A stretch of DNA of 64,000 nucleotides, taken from positions 9,254-73,253 of the forward strand of contig JBLHLM010000001.1 of NCBI GenBank assembly GCA_047618365.1, in the 5' to 3' direction. The stretch is from Candidatus Poriferisodalaceae bacterium. Its GTDB lineage: Bacteria > Actinomycetota > Acidimicrobiia > Acidimicrobiales > Poriferisodalaceae. The notes under the pieces were generated by a model. That model ran no database searches. It saw nothing but the letters and a program-made list of their open reading frames with translations, and had not been told where the DNA came from. Shown in pieces: positions 45,978 through 55,349 of this stretch (position 1 is its first letter; every line of letters begins with the position of its first letter). The translations under genes were made by a program, and so were the position numbers.

Positions 45978-47108
45978 GTGACTGACGCAACTCCGTCGAC
46001 CCGGGTCGAGTTCGTTGGTCTTCCATCGCCAGTCGTAGGGCGAGCTGGCGCCGGTGGACACCCGTGCCAAGGCCTCTACCACCGCCCCGCTCACGGCGAG
46101 CCCTCTACTGCTTTCATCGCCACCCACTACAACGTCGACTTCTCCGAGCACTACCTGGCCTCGTACATGGCTGAGCGTGGATTCGGATTCCTCGGCTGGA
46201 ACACCCGTTTCCGCGGCGGTGAAATGTACTTCCTGCTCGACCACGCCATCGCCGAGATCGCCGTCGGGGTGCGTTGGCTGCGGGAGGTGGCCAAGGTCGA
46301 CCGAGTAGTGCTCCTCGGAAACTCGGGCGGTGGCTCTTTAATGGCCGCCTACCAATCGCAGGCTGTGTCGCCTGATCTGCTGCCTGACTTCGGGCGGTCA
46401 TCGGTGCTGCCAGCGGCGATGGATGTCCCTGAATGTGATCTGTACATCTCCTTGGCCGCCCATCCAGGGCGACCGGACGTCCTCACCGGCTGGCTCGATC
46501 CGTCGGTAACGGATGAATTCAACCCTGTCGCGACTGACGTCGCACTCGATCCCTTCAACCCCGATAACGGGCCGCCGTTCTCGCAACAATTCCTCGACCG
46601 CTATCGCTCCGCTCAGCTCGACAGGAATGCACGAATCACACAATGGTGCAAGGACGAACTCGCTCGGCTGTCTCAAGTCGGGGTGCGAGATCGGCTGTTC
46701 ACAACGTCACGGCTATGGGCCGATCCCCGCATGATCGATCCAACTCTTGAGCCGTCGAATCGACCCACGCCATCCTGCTATCTGGGCGATCCTCAGGTCG
46801 CTAACGCCGGCATCTATGGCGTTGGCACGGTCAGCTCGCTGCGCACATGGTTGTCCATGTGGAGTTTGGAAGAATCGCAATGCCGCGGAGTGCCTCATCT
46901 GAACAAGGTGACCGTGCCGTCGCTCGTTATCGATGCCGACGCTGATAGTGGTGTATTCCCGAGCGATACAGCGTCAATTGTTGGAGCGTTGGCAGCCGCG
47001 GATCTCTCGACTCACACGGTCTCCGCCGATCACTATCTTCGAGAACCAACTGGTGCCCGGACAGAAGCAGCGGACCTCATTGCGGAATGGGTCTCTGCCC
47101 GAAACTGA
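45978..47108 (+). CDS. alpha/beta-fold hydrolase
   Basis: VVLLGNSGGGSL (nucleophile elbow). The GTG at 45978 lies just after the VOC gene stop. Confidence 0.65.
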   Translation: MTDATPSTRVEFVGLPSPVVGRAGAGGHPCQGLYHRPAHGEPSTAFIATHYNVDFSEHYLASYMAERGFGFLGWNTRFRGGEMYFLLDHAIAEIAVGVRWLREVAKVDRVVLLGNSGGGSLMAAYQSQAVSPDLLPDFGRSSVLPAAMDVPECDLYISLAAHPGRPDVLTGWLDPSVTDEFNPVATDVALDPFNPDNGPPFSQQFLDRYRSAQLDRNARITQWCKDELARLSQVGVRDRLFTTSRLWADPRMIDPTLEPSNRPTPSCYLGDPQVANAGIYGVGTVSSLRTWLSMWSLEESQCRGVPHLNKVTVPSLVIDADADSGVFPSDTASIVGALAAADLSTHTVSADHYLREPTGARTEAADLIAEWVSARN

Positions 47109-47164
47109 GAAATAGACCAACGCTCACCCGAGCTATATGGCGTGAAGTCTGAGAGACTCCGGGC

Positions 47165-48382
47165 GTGCGCCGGTTGTACTTGCTGGCCGCAGTGGCGATG
47201 GCAGGCGTGAGTGCTGTCTTTGCCCTGCTCGCCGAACTCGAAAAACAATTTGATCTGTCAACGACCAGCCTTGGCTGGATTGCTGGCAGCGCCTTCTTAG
47301 CCGCTCTGGTAACTCAGCTGTGGTTGGCGCGTTACGCCGATCGTGGGCACGCAACCACCCTGTTGCGGCTCGGCACGTTAATCGCTGCAGCCGGTCTCAT
47401 ATGGTTCGGCGCCTCGACCCAAACGTGGCAGTTTGTTGCGGCACGGGCTCTGTTGGGTGCCGGCGTCGGCATGATCATCCCGCCCGCACGAAGGGCGATC
47501 GTCTTGACCTCGGGAGACTCTACGGGCGAGCGGCTGGGGGCGTTCTACGCCGCATATTTGGCTGGGTTTGTATTCGGTCCTCCGGTTGCCAGCGCTCTCA
47601 CGGTGCTCACCGACGATGTTCGTGTCCCGTTTCTTGTGTTTGGCATCGGTACCGTCGCAGTATTCTTTTCGTTGATCGGACTCGAACTGCCCGAATCTCA
47701 GCGCGGCGACGCGCCGACCGATGCCGAGAGTCGCCGAGTGATTCGGCGACTCCTTCGCTCCCGAGCGTTTGTGGCATCGCTGCTCATTATCGTGTCGTTC
47801 CGCTACTCAATCGGCGTGTTCGAACCCCTGTGGGCGACCCACCTCGACGATCTCGGGGCCTCAACATTGCTGATTGGGGTCTCGCTCACCTTCTTCGCTT
47901 TACCGATGCTTATCGTCGCCCGGCCCGCTGGTCGGCTCTCCGACCGTTACAACCCTCGAGTGGTGTCGTTACTTGCAGCTGCAGCCACGGTGCCGATGAT
48001 GGCTGTATACGGGTACGCGGGTGTCGTATGGATCATCTTTCTCGTGGCTGTGCCGCACGGGCTCATGGAGGCCATTCTCTCGCCTGGGTCTCAAGCAGCG
48101 ATCGCGGAAGCAACCGCAGATGACGATGCAGCGTCAGCCCAAGGGCTTGCAGAGGCGGGCGGCTCCGCTGCATCGGCCATTGGCGCATTCACTGCACCAG
48201 CGATCTTTGAGGCTCTTGGTGCCGGACCTGCGTGGCTCATCGCTGCCGGCGTCATGTCATTGCTGCTGACGTGCAGTTACTTCGTCTGCCGGCCAGGCCG
48301 ATTGAACGACAAGGCCGAGAAGGGCGAGCGAGGACAGCTCGACTTACGACAGTTGTCAGCGCGCGAGGGGCCAGCCGAGTAG
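47165..48382 (+). CDS. MFS transporter
   Basis: 405 aa with LARYADRGHATTLL (motif A-like) and about 12 TM. Confidence 0.8.
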   Translation: MRRLYLLAAVAMAGVSAVFALLAELEKQFDLSTTSLGWIAGSAFLAALVTQLWLARYADRGHATTLLRLGTLIAAAGLIWFGASTQTWQFVAARALLGAGVGMIIPPARRAIVLTSGDSTGERLGAFYAAYLAGFVFGPPVASALTVLTDDVRVPFLVFGIGTVAVFFSLIGLELPESQRGDAPTDAESRRVIRRLLRSRAFVASLLIIVSFRYSIGVFEPLWATHLDDLGASTLLIGVSLTFFALPMLIVARPAGRLSDRYNPRVVSLLAAAATVPMMAVYGYAGVVWIIFLVAVPHGLMEAILSPGSQAAIAEATADDDAASAQGLAEAGGSAASAIGAFTAPAIFEALGAGPAWLIAAGVMSLLLTCSYFVCRPGRLNDKAEKGERGQLDLRQLSAREGPAE

Positions 48383-48396
48383 GTCGCCCAAGTCGG

Positions 48397-49212
48397 TTAC
48401 CCAAGCAGTTCGTCGAACCCAGCTTCCATCTCAGGGTGAGATGTGGGCACGTGCGTCAGGCGACTCAGCCAGCTGGCCGTGACATAGTCCGCCATGATGG
48501 CGCCGCTGTCGGTGTCGGCCGGCAACTCGAGGGTGTCGCCCCATTCCATTTCCACCGTGAACGCTTCTTCATGCCCGGGCCGAGGGACCAGTTTCACTGA
48601 GCCGACCGTGCGCGGCGGAAGCATTGCAACATCGGTGTAACGCCATCCTTTGATTTCGTCCAGCGGCACATTCGGAACGTTGAGGTTGAGCACATATGGC
48701 TCTTCGGGCGGGCTGGCAATGAGCTGGCCGACCGCGTTGCTGGCGACCGTTGCGGCTGTCTCCCACATCTGGTCGGCGAGAAGGTCGTCCCAGGCTTGGC
48801 CTTCTACCCCGAAGTTGGCAACAGATTGGCTCACCGCGACCCCACTGACGCCCCCGTTGCGGGCGGTGATACAAGCCCCAATCGTGCCTGAGTGGTAGAC
48901 CGCGCGGCCGACGTTCGCACCGGGATTGATGCCTGAAACCACAAGGTCGATAGGGCCAAATGCGCCCATGCGACCAAACATTGCGCAGAGTCCGGGAGCG
49001 CCTTCGACTGACCACGACTCATCGATGCCATCGATGTGTCGCTTGTGGACATCAGGTTTGATGAGGTGAAGCGGGCCGAGGGCTGCTCCCGCTCCGGAGT
49101 ATTCGCTATCGGGGGCAACAATGACCACGTCGCCGTGTTCCCGCATCGATCGTGCCAGCACGTGCAGGCCAATCGAGTCGATTCCGTCGTCGTTTGTCAC
49201 CATGATGCGCAT
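48397..49212 (-). CDS. surE: 5'/3'-nucleotidase SurE
   Basis: Trimmed to MRIMVTNDDGIDS. SGINPGANVG and YSGTIGA. Confidence 0.9.
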   Translation of the reverse strand: MRIMVTNDDGIDSIGLHVLARSMREHGDVVIVAPDSEYSGAGAALGPLHLIKPDVHKRHIDGIDESWSVEGAPGLCAMFGRMGAFGPIDLVVSGINPGANVGRAVYHSGTIGACITARNGGVSGVAVSQSVANFGVEGQAWDDLLADQMWETAATVASNAVGQLIASPPEEPYVLNLNVPNVPLDEIKGWRYTDVAMLPPRTVGSVKLVPRPGHEEAFTVEMEWGDTLELPADTDSGAIMADYVTASWLSRLTHVPTSHPEMEAGFDELLG

Positions 49213-49291
49213 CGAAGCGAAGCTATCGACTCGTCCTCTGCCATGCGCGTCTGGCAGTCTGTGGCCTGTGACCTCGACCAAAACTGTCTCG

Positions 49292-50011
49292 ATGATCCAC
49301 ACCTCTGACGTTCACATTGGTTGGACTCGTGGCGACGGCGCTGAGCACCTCGAGGTGTGCTTGTGCCCGGTCCAAGGTGTTGTCGACGCCGTTCGAGAAC
49401 ACGATGCCGATCTGCTGCTTGTGGCCGGAGATCTCTTTGACCACGCTCGGCTCAGTAACGAGGTGATCGGCAAAACGCTTGAGGTGTTGGCTTCGGCCGG
49501 CGTGCCAGTTGTCATCATCCCGGGCAATCACGACGTGCTGGACGGGACGTCCCTGTGGCATCGGGCGGCCGCCGAGGTTGCGGCTTCAGGGGTGGTGCTC
49601 CTCGATGACCCCGAGGGCTCTCAAGTTGAGCTGCTCGACGGGGCCCTGTCGATCTGGTGTCAGGCCATGGAAGAACACCATCCCGAGTACCAACCACTCC
49701 GTGGAGTTCCGGCCCGGCCTGATTCTGGCTGGTGGGTCGTTGCCGGCCATGGCCACCATGAGGAGCCAGCGTCAGGGTCGTACCGATCTTCGCCGATCAC
49801 ACCCGACGAGGTTGCATCGTCGGGTGCCGATTACGTGGCACTAGGCCACTGGCACATTCGAACTGACGTGTCAGCAGGCGATGTTCCCGCTTGGTACCCG
49901 GGCGCACCGATGGGTTCGGTCACGAGCGGGACAGCCAACCTCACTACGTTCGGGCCCGACGGCGTCGTGATCGAACACGTGTCGGTGACCGCACCAGCAC
50001 AAGGCTGCTAA
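49292..50011 (+). CDS. metallophosphoesterase (calcineurin-like)
   Basis: MIHTSDVHIG, AGDLFD, IPGNHD and LGHWH. A start at the GTG 49268 is also possible. Confidence 0.8.
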   Translation: MIHTSDVHIGWTRGDGAEHLEVCLCPVQGVVDAVREHDADLLLVAGDLFDHARLSNEVIGKTLEVLASAGVPVVIIPGNHDVLDGTSLWHRAAAEVAASGVVLLDDPEGSQVELLDGALSIWCQAMEEHHPEYQPLRGVPARPDSGWWVVAGHGHHEEPASGSYRSSPITPDEVASSGADYVALGHWHIRTDVSAGDVPAWYPGAPMGSVTSGTANLTTFGPDGVVIEHVSVTAPAQGC

Positions 50012-50034
50012 CGCCATCCTCGACTGGGCCGTTG

Positions 50035-51978
50035 TCAGGACTGGCCTGCTCGCTCGAGCCGGCCGCTCACGGTTTCGTACTCCGAAGTGAGTCGGGCCGC
50101 TTCGTTCTTGGCAGCGTCGTACCGCGTGGTGAGGTCACGGATCAGATTGGGTGAGGCATAGGTGTCCGGATCCGCCATCTGAGCTTGGAGATCAGCGACC
50201 ACCGATTCGGCGTTTTCCCAGTCGCTCTCGGCCTTCTTCAGCTGCTTGCGGAGGTCCTTGGTGGCGGAATGATTTTTGTTGCGATGCTCGGCTGCGACCC
50301 GACGATCGTTCTTGCGGCCCGGCTCGGCACCGGCCTCACGCTTTGGCTTGAGGGCTCGATCTGCTTCCTTGGCCGCTGGCTTCTGCCCGGGGGTGAGGAT
50401 GGACTCGTTGACACCCTCGTGCCACACCGCCATACCGTCGCGGACCTCGACGAGAGCGTCAGCAACATTGCGAATGAGATGCCGGTCGTGAGTCACGAGC
50501 AGAACTGTTCCCGGGTATACCTGCAGCGCATCTTCGAGAAGGTCGCAGCTGGGCAGATCCAGGTGGTTCGTGGGCTCATCGAGAATCAGCAGATTCACTG
50601 GGTTGCACATGGTCTGAGCGAGAGCGAGACGGGTACGTTCGCCGCCTGATAGATCCCGGATGTGTCGGTCGACGGTGTCGGCGCGGAATCCGAAGCCGCC
50701 GAGAATGGTGCGCAGGTTACGCATTCCCTGATCGCCAACGTTGCGTTTGAACTCGCCGAGCACGGTCTGATCGGGGTCCATGACCTCGGTGAGGTGCTGG
50801 GCGAAGGTTGCATGATCGACGTTGTTGCCAATGGTGACGGTGCCGGTCGTGGGCGCCAGGTCACCCAGGATCATCTTCAACAGGGTGGTCTTGCCAGCAC
50901 CATTCGGGCCAATGAGGGCGATCTTGCGACCCCGCTCAACTATCAGATCGACAGCCCCGAGTACCTCTACGCCGTCGTAGCCAACGCTGGCATTCTCGAT
51001 CTCGGCGACGATACGCGACGAACGCTGCGGTTCTGGGAACTCGAATCGAGCCTGGAGTTCCTTGCGGGTCGGCGGCTTGATGAGCTCGATCTTCTCCATG
51101 GCCTTGATCCGGCTCTGGACCTGGCGGGCCTTGGTGGCCTTGTAACGGAACCGCTCGATGAACTGCTCAGCATGAGCCATCTTGCGCTGTTGCTGGGCGG
51201 CCATGGCCTCTATCTGGGCGAGGCGTTCCTCGCGAGCAAGCACGAAGTCAGCGAAACCGCCGACATACTCCTGGCTGCTTTGCCCGTCGAGCTCGATCAC
51301 TCGGTTGGCGACCGAGTCGATGAAGTCACGGTCATGACTCACGAACAGCAATGAGCCATTCCAATCGGCAAGTCGCTGTTCCAGCCAGGCAACTGAGTCG
51401 ACATCGAGGTGGTTGGTGGGCTCATCGAGGATCAAGACGTCGGGGTCTGACAACAGCAGGCGGGCGAGCGACACACGCATACGCCAGCCACCGGAGAGTT
51501 CCTTTACCTGGCGCTGGGCAGCGTCGCCAGCGAAACCAAGGCCGTTGAGCACGCGGTGGGCCTCGGCCTCGATTGCGTAGCCGCCGAGCTGCTCGAACGA
51601 GGATTGGGCTTCGCCGTAGCGAGCGAGGATCTTGTCGTAGTTCGGATCATCGGTGTCGCCGAGTCGAGCTTCGAGCTCGCTGAGCTGCTTGGCCATCTTG
51701 TTGATGCGGCCGGCGCCCTCGAGCGTCACCTCGAGAACGGTTCCCTCCAGCTCGTCATCGAGCTCCTGGGGGAGGTAGCCGATGACCATGTCCTTTGGCC
51801 GGTGGATGACACCAGCGTCGGATTCCTGTATGCCGAGAAGGATCTCGATGAGCGTCGTTTTGCCCATTCCGTTCCCGCCAACGAGCGCGATCTTGCGACC
51901 AGCCGAGAGCTGGATGGTCACGTCACGGAAGAGGGTCCGGGGCCCATGCGCTTTGGTTAGTCCGGAGGCGGTCAACAC
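50035..51978 (-). CDS. ABC-F family ATPase (Uup-like, with C-terminal coiled-coil extension)
   Basis: Two ABC cassettes (GGNGMGKTT, GPNGAGKTT, LSGGWRMR, LSGGERTR), no TM, and a Lys/Glu-rich tail. Confidence 0.9.
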   Translation of the reverse strand: MLTASGLTKAHGPRTLFRDVTIQLSAGRKIALVGGNGMGKTTLIEILLGIQESDAGVIHRPKDMVIGYLPQELDDELEGTVLEVTLEGAGRINKMAKQLSELEARLGDTDDPNYDKILARYGEAQSSFEQLGGYAIEAEAHRVLNGLGFAGDAAQRQVKELSGGWRMRVSLARLLLSDPDVLILDEPTNHLDVDSVAWLEQRLADWNGSLLFVSHDRDFIDSVANRVIELDGQSSQEYVGGFADFVLAREERLAQIEAMAAQQQRKMAHAEQFIERFRYKATKARQVQSRIKAMEKIELIKPPTRKELQARFEFPEPQRSSRIVAEIENASVGYDGVEVLGAVDLIVERGRKIALIGPNGAGKTTLLKMILGDLAPTTGTVTIGNNVDHATFAQHLTEVMDPDQTVLGEFKRNVGDQGMRNLRTILGGFGFRADTVDRHIRDLSGGERTRLALAQTMCNPVNLLILDEPTNHLDLPSCDLLEDALQVYPGTVLLVTHDRHLIRNVADALVEVRDGMAVWHEGVNESILTPGQKPAAKEADRALKPKREAGAEPGRKNDRRVAAEHRNKNHSATKDLRKQLKKAESDWENAESVVADLQAQMADPDTYASPNLIRDLTTRYDAAKNEAARLTSEYETVSGRLERAGQS

Positions 51979-52448
51979 GGGGAACGAGGCTACCGGCGAC
52001 TACTCACGACGGTGTGTGGCGGATGCAACACTGTTGGCTATGGATCTGTGGGCGACCGGCAATCACGACGCTAGCGAGGTTCTCTGTCGTGTTGCTGATC
52101 CTGCCCAGCTGAAGACGTCGCAAGTGAACGCGATGGTCAAGGGTTGCGACAACTATGTGCTCGGTGGATCGCTAGCTGGGCTCGTGGCCCAAAGTTCGGT
52201 AGTTGCCGGACGCGCTGATGCCTGGCGCGACCGAACGGCCGAATAGGTGGCGGCGACGGGCTGGGGTGTGTCTTGTGCCCTGGTAACTGCTGAGGGAGAT
52301 GCCGCGATGGGGGACCAACTAGCCGTCTCCTTGCTCGACGAGATCGAGTCGAGGATCACAACTCGACCGAACCGTGTTGGCACGAGATGCACCAGTTCGT
52401 CATCTGCGCTGGTCTCCGTGACCCGCTCCGCCATCGGGCCCGGAAGGG

Positions 52449-53309
52449 CTAACGCCCGAGGCGGCTGTTTACCTGGTTGATGTAGTCGAGGTGAGCTTCG
52501 GTGCTGTCGAGGCCCATATTCATGGTGACAACGGTGGCGTGGGTTCCACCCGCTTCTTCCCACCGCTCGGCCCATTCGACCGCAGCATCGGCTGAGCGCG
52601 CGCCTGTCATCATGAACTCCAAGCCGAACGTTGACTGGTCGCGGTCGTTCTGAGCCAGGAGCTCCTTCATTTGAGCGAGGTGGCTGAATGCCGCTTCGTC
52701 GGTGCCGGCAAAGATGAACCCATCGCCGAGACGTGCCCCGCGCCGGAACGCTGGCGGGCTGAACCCACCGACCCACAGCGGGATCTGTCGCTTCGGAGCT
52801 GGGAGGGAGTTGCCGCGTTCGACCCTGTCGAAATCGCCTGTCCAGTCGAGTACTTCGCCGGTCCATAGCCGGCGCAGGTATTCGATCTGTTCGTCACAAC
52901 GTTTGCCTCGAGTCGCGAAGTCCTGACCGAGGGCGTCGTATTCGACGTGGTTCCAACCGGTGCCGACCCCCATACGGAAACGCTCGCCGCTGAACAAATC
53001 GACGCCTGCTGCCTGCTTGGCGACGAGAGCGGTCTGGCGCTGGGGGAGGATGATGACCCCAGTAACGAGTTCGATTCGTGTCGTGATGGCGGCCACATGG
53101 CTGAACAACACGAAGGGATCGTGGAACGGATGTTGTTCGTTGTACGGACCCATCAGCTTCGGATCGCGGTCGGCGTGCACTGCTCCGACAACGTGGTCGT
53201 ACGCGAGGAGGTGGTCGAAGCCGAGCTCCTCCGTGGCGAGGGCAATCTGGCGAACTGAGTCGGGATCGCCGTTCAGTTCGATCTGCGGATATACAACTCC
53301 AATTTTCAT
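52449..53309 (-). CDS. LLM-class F420-dependent oxidoreductase
   Basis: MKIGVVYPQ, FRMGVGTGWN and PLWVGG. Confidence 0.8.
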   Translation of the reverse strand: MKIGVVYPQIELNGDPDSVRQIALATEELGFDHLLAYDHVVGAVHADRDPKLMGPYNEQHPFHDPFVLFSHVAAITTRIELVTGVIILPQRQTALVAKQAAGVDLFSGERFRMGVGTGWNHVEYDALGQDFATRGKRCDEQIEYLRRLWTGEVLDWTGDFDRVERGNSLPAPKRQIPLWVGGFSPPAFRRGARLGDGFIFAGTDEAAFSHLAQMKELLAQNDRDQSTFGLEFMMTGARSADAAVEWAERWEEAGGTHATVVTMNMGLDSTEAHLDYINQVNSRLGR

Positions 53310-53386
53310 GACGTGCCGATCTTCATGTTGGGCGAGGCCGACAAACTAACCCTGGTGAGGTGGACCCGCATGAGAACATCTGCTTT

Positions 53387-53436
53387 TGGCGCCTCAGGAT
53401 TTGGTTCTGACCCAATCTGAGGGCTCCGGTTCGGAT
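53387..53436. repeat. copy A of a ~50-bp dispersed direct repeat (intergenic)
   Basis: tggcgcctcaggatttggttctgacccaatctgagggctccggttcggat versus copy B tggcgcctcacgatttggctttggccgaatttgagggctccggttcggat. By-eye alignment gives about 80-85 percent identity, with a 19-nt identical core tgagggctccggttcggat. Confidence 0.8.
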
Positions 53437-53479
53437 TTGGCGGTGGGACTAGATTGCGAGCGGACTGGGAGATAGAGAC

Positions 53480-53968
53480 ATGGCGAGTTTTGAAACGTTG
53501 GTCGACGAGGCAACTGTTGTTGCCAACCTGTTGAAGGAACGCGGCGAGTCGATTGCAGTGTGTGAATCGTCGACTGGTGGCTTGCTCGCCGCCGCGTTGA
53601 CGGCAGTGCCAGGCGCGTCGGCCTACATGATTGGCGGAGCGGTTGTTTATACGATGGACGCCCGACAAGCGCTGCTGTCGAATGGACCCCGGCCGCCGAA
53701 GGGTATGCGTGGTGCCACTGAAGAATTCGCGGTCTGGGAAGCCACCGCAATTCGTGAGGTCGCCGGCACGACTTGGGGTATTGGCGAGACAGGCGCTACT
53801 GGTCCAACGGGCAATCCCTACGGCGATCCTGCTGGCCACGGCTGGTGCGCGGTGTCGGGCCCAATCGAAGCCACCCGCCAGATCCTCACCGGCGTATCCG
53901 ATCGCACAGGAAACATGTACGCCTTCGTGTCCTCAGCCCTCGCCACCCTGGGCAGCGCCTTCACCTGA
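53480..53968 (+). CDS. CinA-family protein (nicotinamide-nucleotide amidohydrolase PncC-like domain)
   Basis: IAVCESSTGGLLAAALT, GASAYMIGGAVVY, and GETGATGP. Confidence 0.8.
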   Translation: MASFETLVDEATVVANLLKERGESIAVCESSTGGLLAAALTAVPGASAYMIGGAVVYTMDARQALLSNGPRPPKGMRGATEEFAVWEATAIREVAGTTWGIGETGATGPTGNPYGDPAGHGWCAVSGPIEATRQILTGVSDRTGNMYAFVSSALATLGSAFT

Positions 53969-54035
53969 GACCGTTACCCGATCCTTGCGGCGAGTTGAGA
54001 GCGTCAGCGAGCAACTCGGTAAGTGACGAGGAGCG

Positions 54036-55349
54036 TCAGCGAGGAGGAACGACTGGCGCCTCACGATTTGGCTTTGGCCGAATTTGAGGGCTCCGGTTCG
54101 GATGGGTGGGTGCACCGACGATTGCGCTGGCCACAAGTCCTGCGATCGGGACGGAGATCAGGACGAACATCGTGGTTCGGTACGACCCGGTGAGGTCTTT
54201 GCCGAACGACACCATGATTGGCCCGACGGCGGATGCGGCTACGCCGATCGATGAGGCGACTCCACGGATGGCGCCGGCGTGGGTCACTCCGAACCACTTG
54301 GGGTAATAGGCGGAGAAGACACCACGAGCGGCTCCGCCGGCAAGGCCGGTGAGCACGCCATACACCACGGCGTTGAAACCGGGTGTCACTCGTTCGAGCC
54401 AGAGCATGGCAGCGGCCAACGTCAGCATCGAGAAGGGTTGCAGTATTCGGGAGCTGACACCGTCGGTCATCCATGAGACGGCAAAGCTGGTGGCGAACGT
54501 GGCGACCATCTGGGGAACGAAGACCAGCGCTGCCTCGCTTTTGGTGAGGCCCTGGCCTTCCATGATCGTGAAGTGGTGAAAGGTCAATCCCGTGATGAGC
54601 GCGCCCGTCGCGAACATCACGAGGGCAAGCGACCAAAAGGCCAGCGTGCGAACCGACTCGGCAACGGTGAAGTCGAACGCGGTCCGAGAAGGTGCGTCGT
54701 GGGCAAGAGCTATGCCGTCGGGTTCCTGGCCAATGCTTCCAGGTCGGTCGACAATCAGGAACCACGACATCGGGGCAACAATGACGAACACGAAACTCGC
54801 TACAACCACCCAAGCCAGTCGCCACCCAAACGTGTCGATCGCTTGTGTGAGAGCGAGCGGAGCGAGAGCCATGAGCCCGGCTGACAGCGTCATTACCCAT
54901 GCGAGGGCGTAGCCGCGGCGGACGTCGAACCACAGGGCGATGCCTGTGGTGCCAGCCAACGAGAGGGAACCCTGTCCAAACATCCGGATTCCGGCGAACG
55001 CCAACCCAAGGGTGAACACGCCTTGGACCGCACCGGTCAGCGCAACGGCTGAGGAGAACACGCACGCGATCACGAACATCGATCGACGCACGCCAAACAC
55101 GTCGATCCAGCGCCCGATGAAGGGCAACGCCACAGCTCCAGACAGTGTTCCAACCATGTAGGCCAGGCCGACGCTGTTGTCGGTGAGGTTGAGATCGGTC
55201 TTGAAGCTGTCGAGATAGGCCGATACGCCGATGGTCTGCCCAGGCGCTGTGAGGGTGATGGCGATGCCGCACCACACAGCCATCCACCACCCGTAGAACG
55301 GCTTGTCCCCGCCTTGCAGGCGAGTGGCCGCTGGACTCGGGAGTCTCAC
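54036..55349 (-). CDS. MFS transporter (oxalate/formate-antiporter-like)
   Basis: 437 aa with GRWIDVFGVRRS (motif A-like) and 12 TM pattern. GTGA overlap with the upstream stop at 55346..55349. Confidence 0.8.
   Translation of the reverse strand: MRLPSPAATRLQGGDKPFYGWWMAVWCGIAITLTAPGQTIGVSAYLDSFKTDLNLTDNSVGLAYMVGTLSGAVALPFIGRWIDVFGVRRSMFVIACVFSSAVALTGAVQGVFTLGLAFAGIRMFGQGSLSLAGTTGIALWFDVRRGYALAWVMTLSAGLMALAPLALTQAIDTFGWRLAWVVVASFVFVIVAPMSWFLIVDRPGSIGQEPDGIALAHDAPSRTAFDFTVAESVRTLAFWSLALVMFATGALITGLTFHHFTIMEGQGLTKSEAALVFVPQMVATFATSFAVSWMTDGVSSRILQPFSMLTLAAAMLWLERVTPGFNAVVYGVLTGLAGGAARGVFSAYYPKWFGVTHAGAIRGVASSIGVAASAVGPIMVSFGKDLTGSYRTTMFVLISVPIAGLVASAIVGAPTHPNRSPQIRPKPNREAPVVPPR
54054..54103. 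repeat. copy B of the ~50-bp dispersed repeat (inside the 3' end of MFS gene 54036..55349)
   Basis: See copy A. Same orientation, 667 bp apart. Confidence 0.8.

Noticed and set aside
51782-52246. 154-aa plus-strand ORF containing GDYSRR…GNHD.
   Set aside because: Its first ~65 codons are the antisense shadow of the ABC-F N-terminus. The rest has only moderate GC3 and matches just two metallophosphoesterase motifs. I treat it as a possible relic, not a gene.
53387-54103. The CinA-like gene as a mobile element or cassette, because direct repeats flank it.
   Set aside because: I saw no integrase, transposase, inverted terminal repeats or att-like features. It is reported only as a repeat observation.
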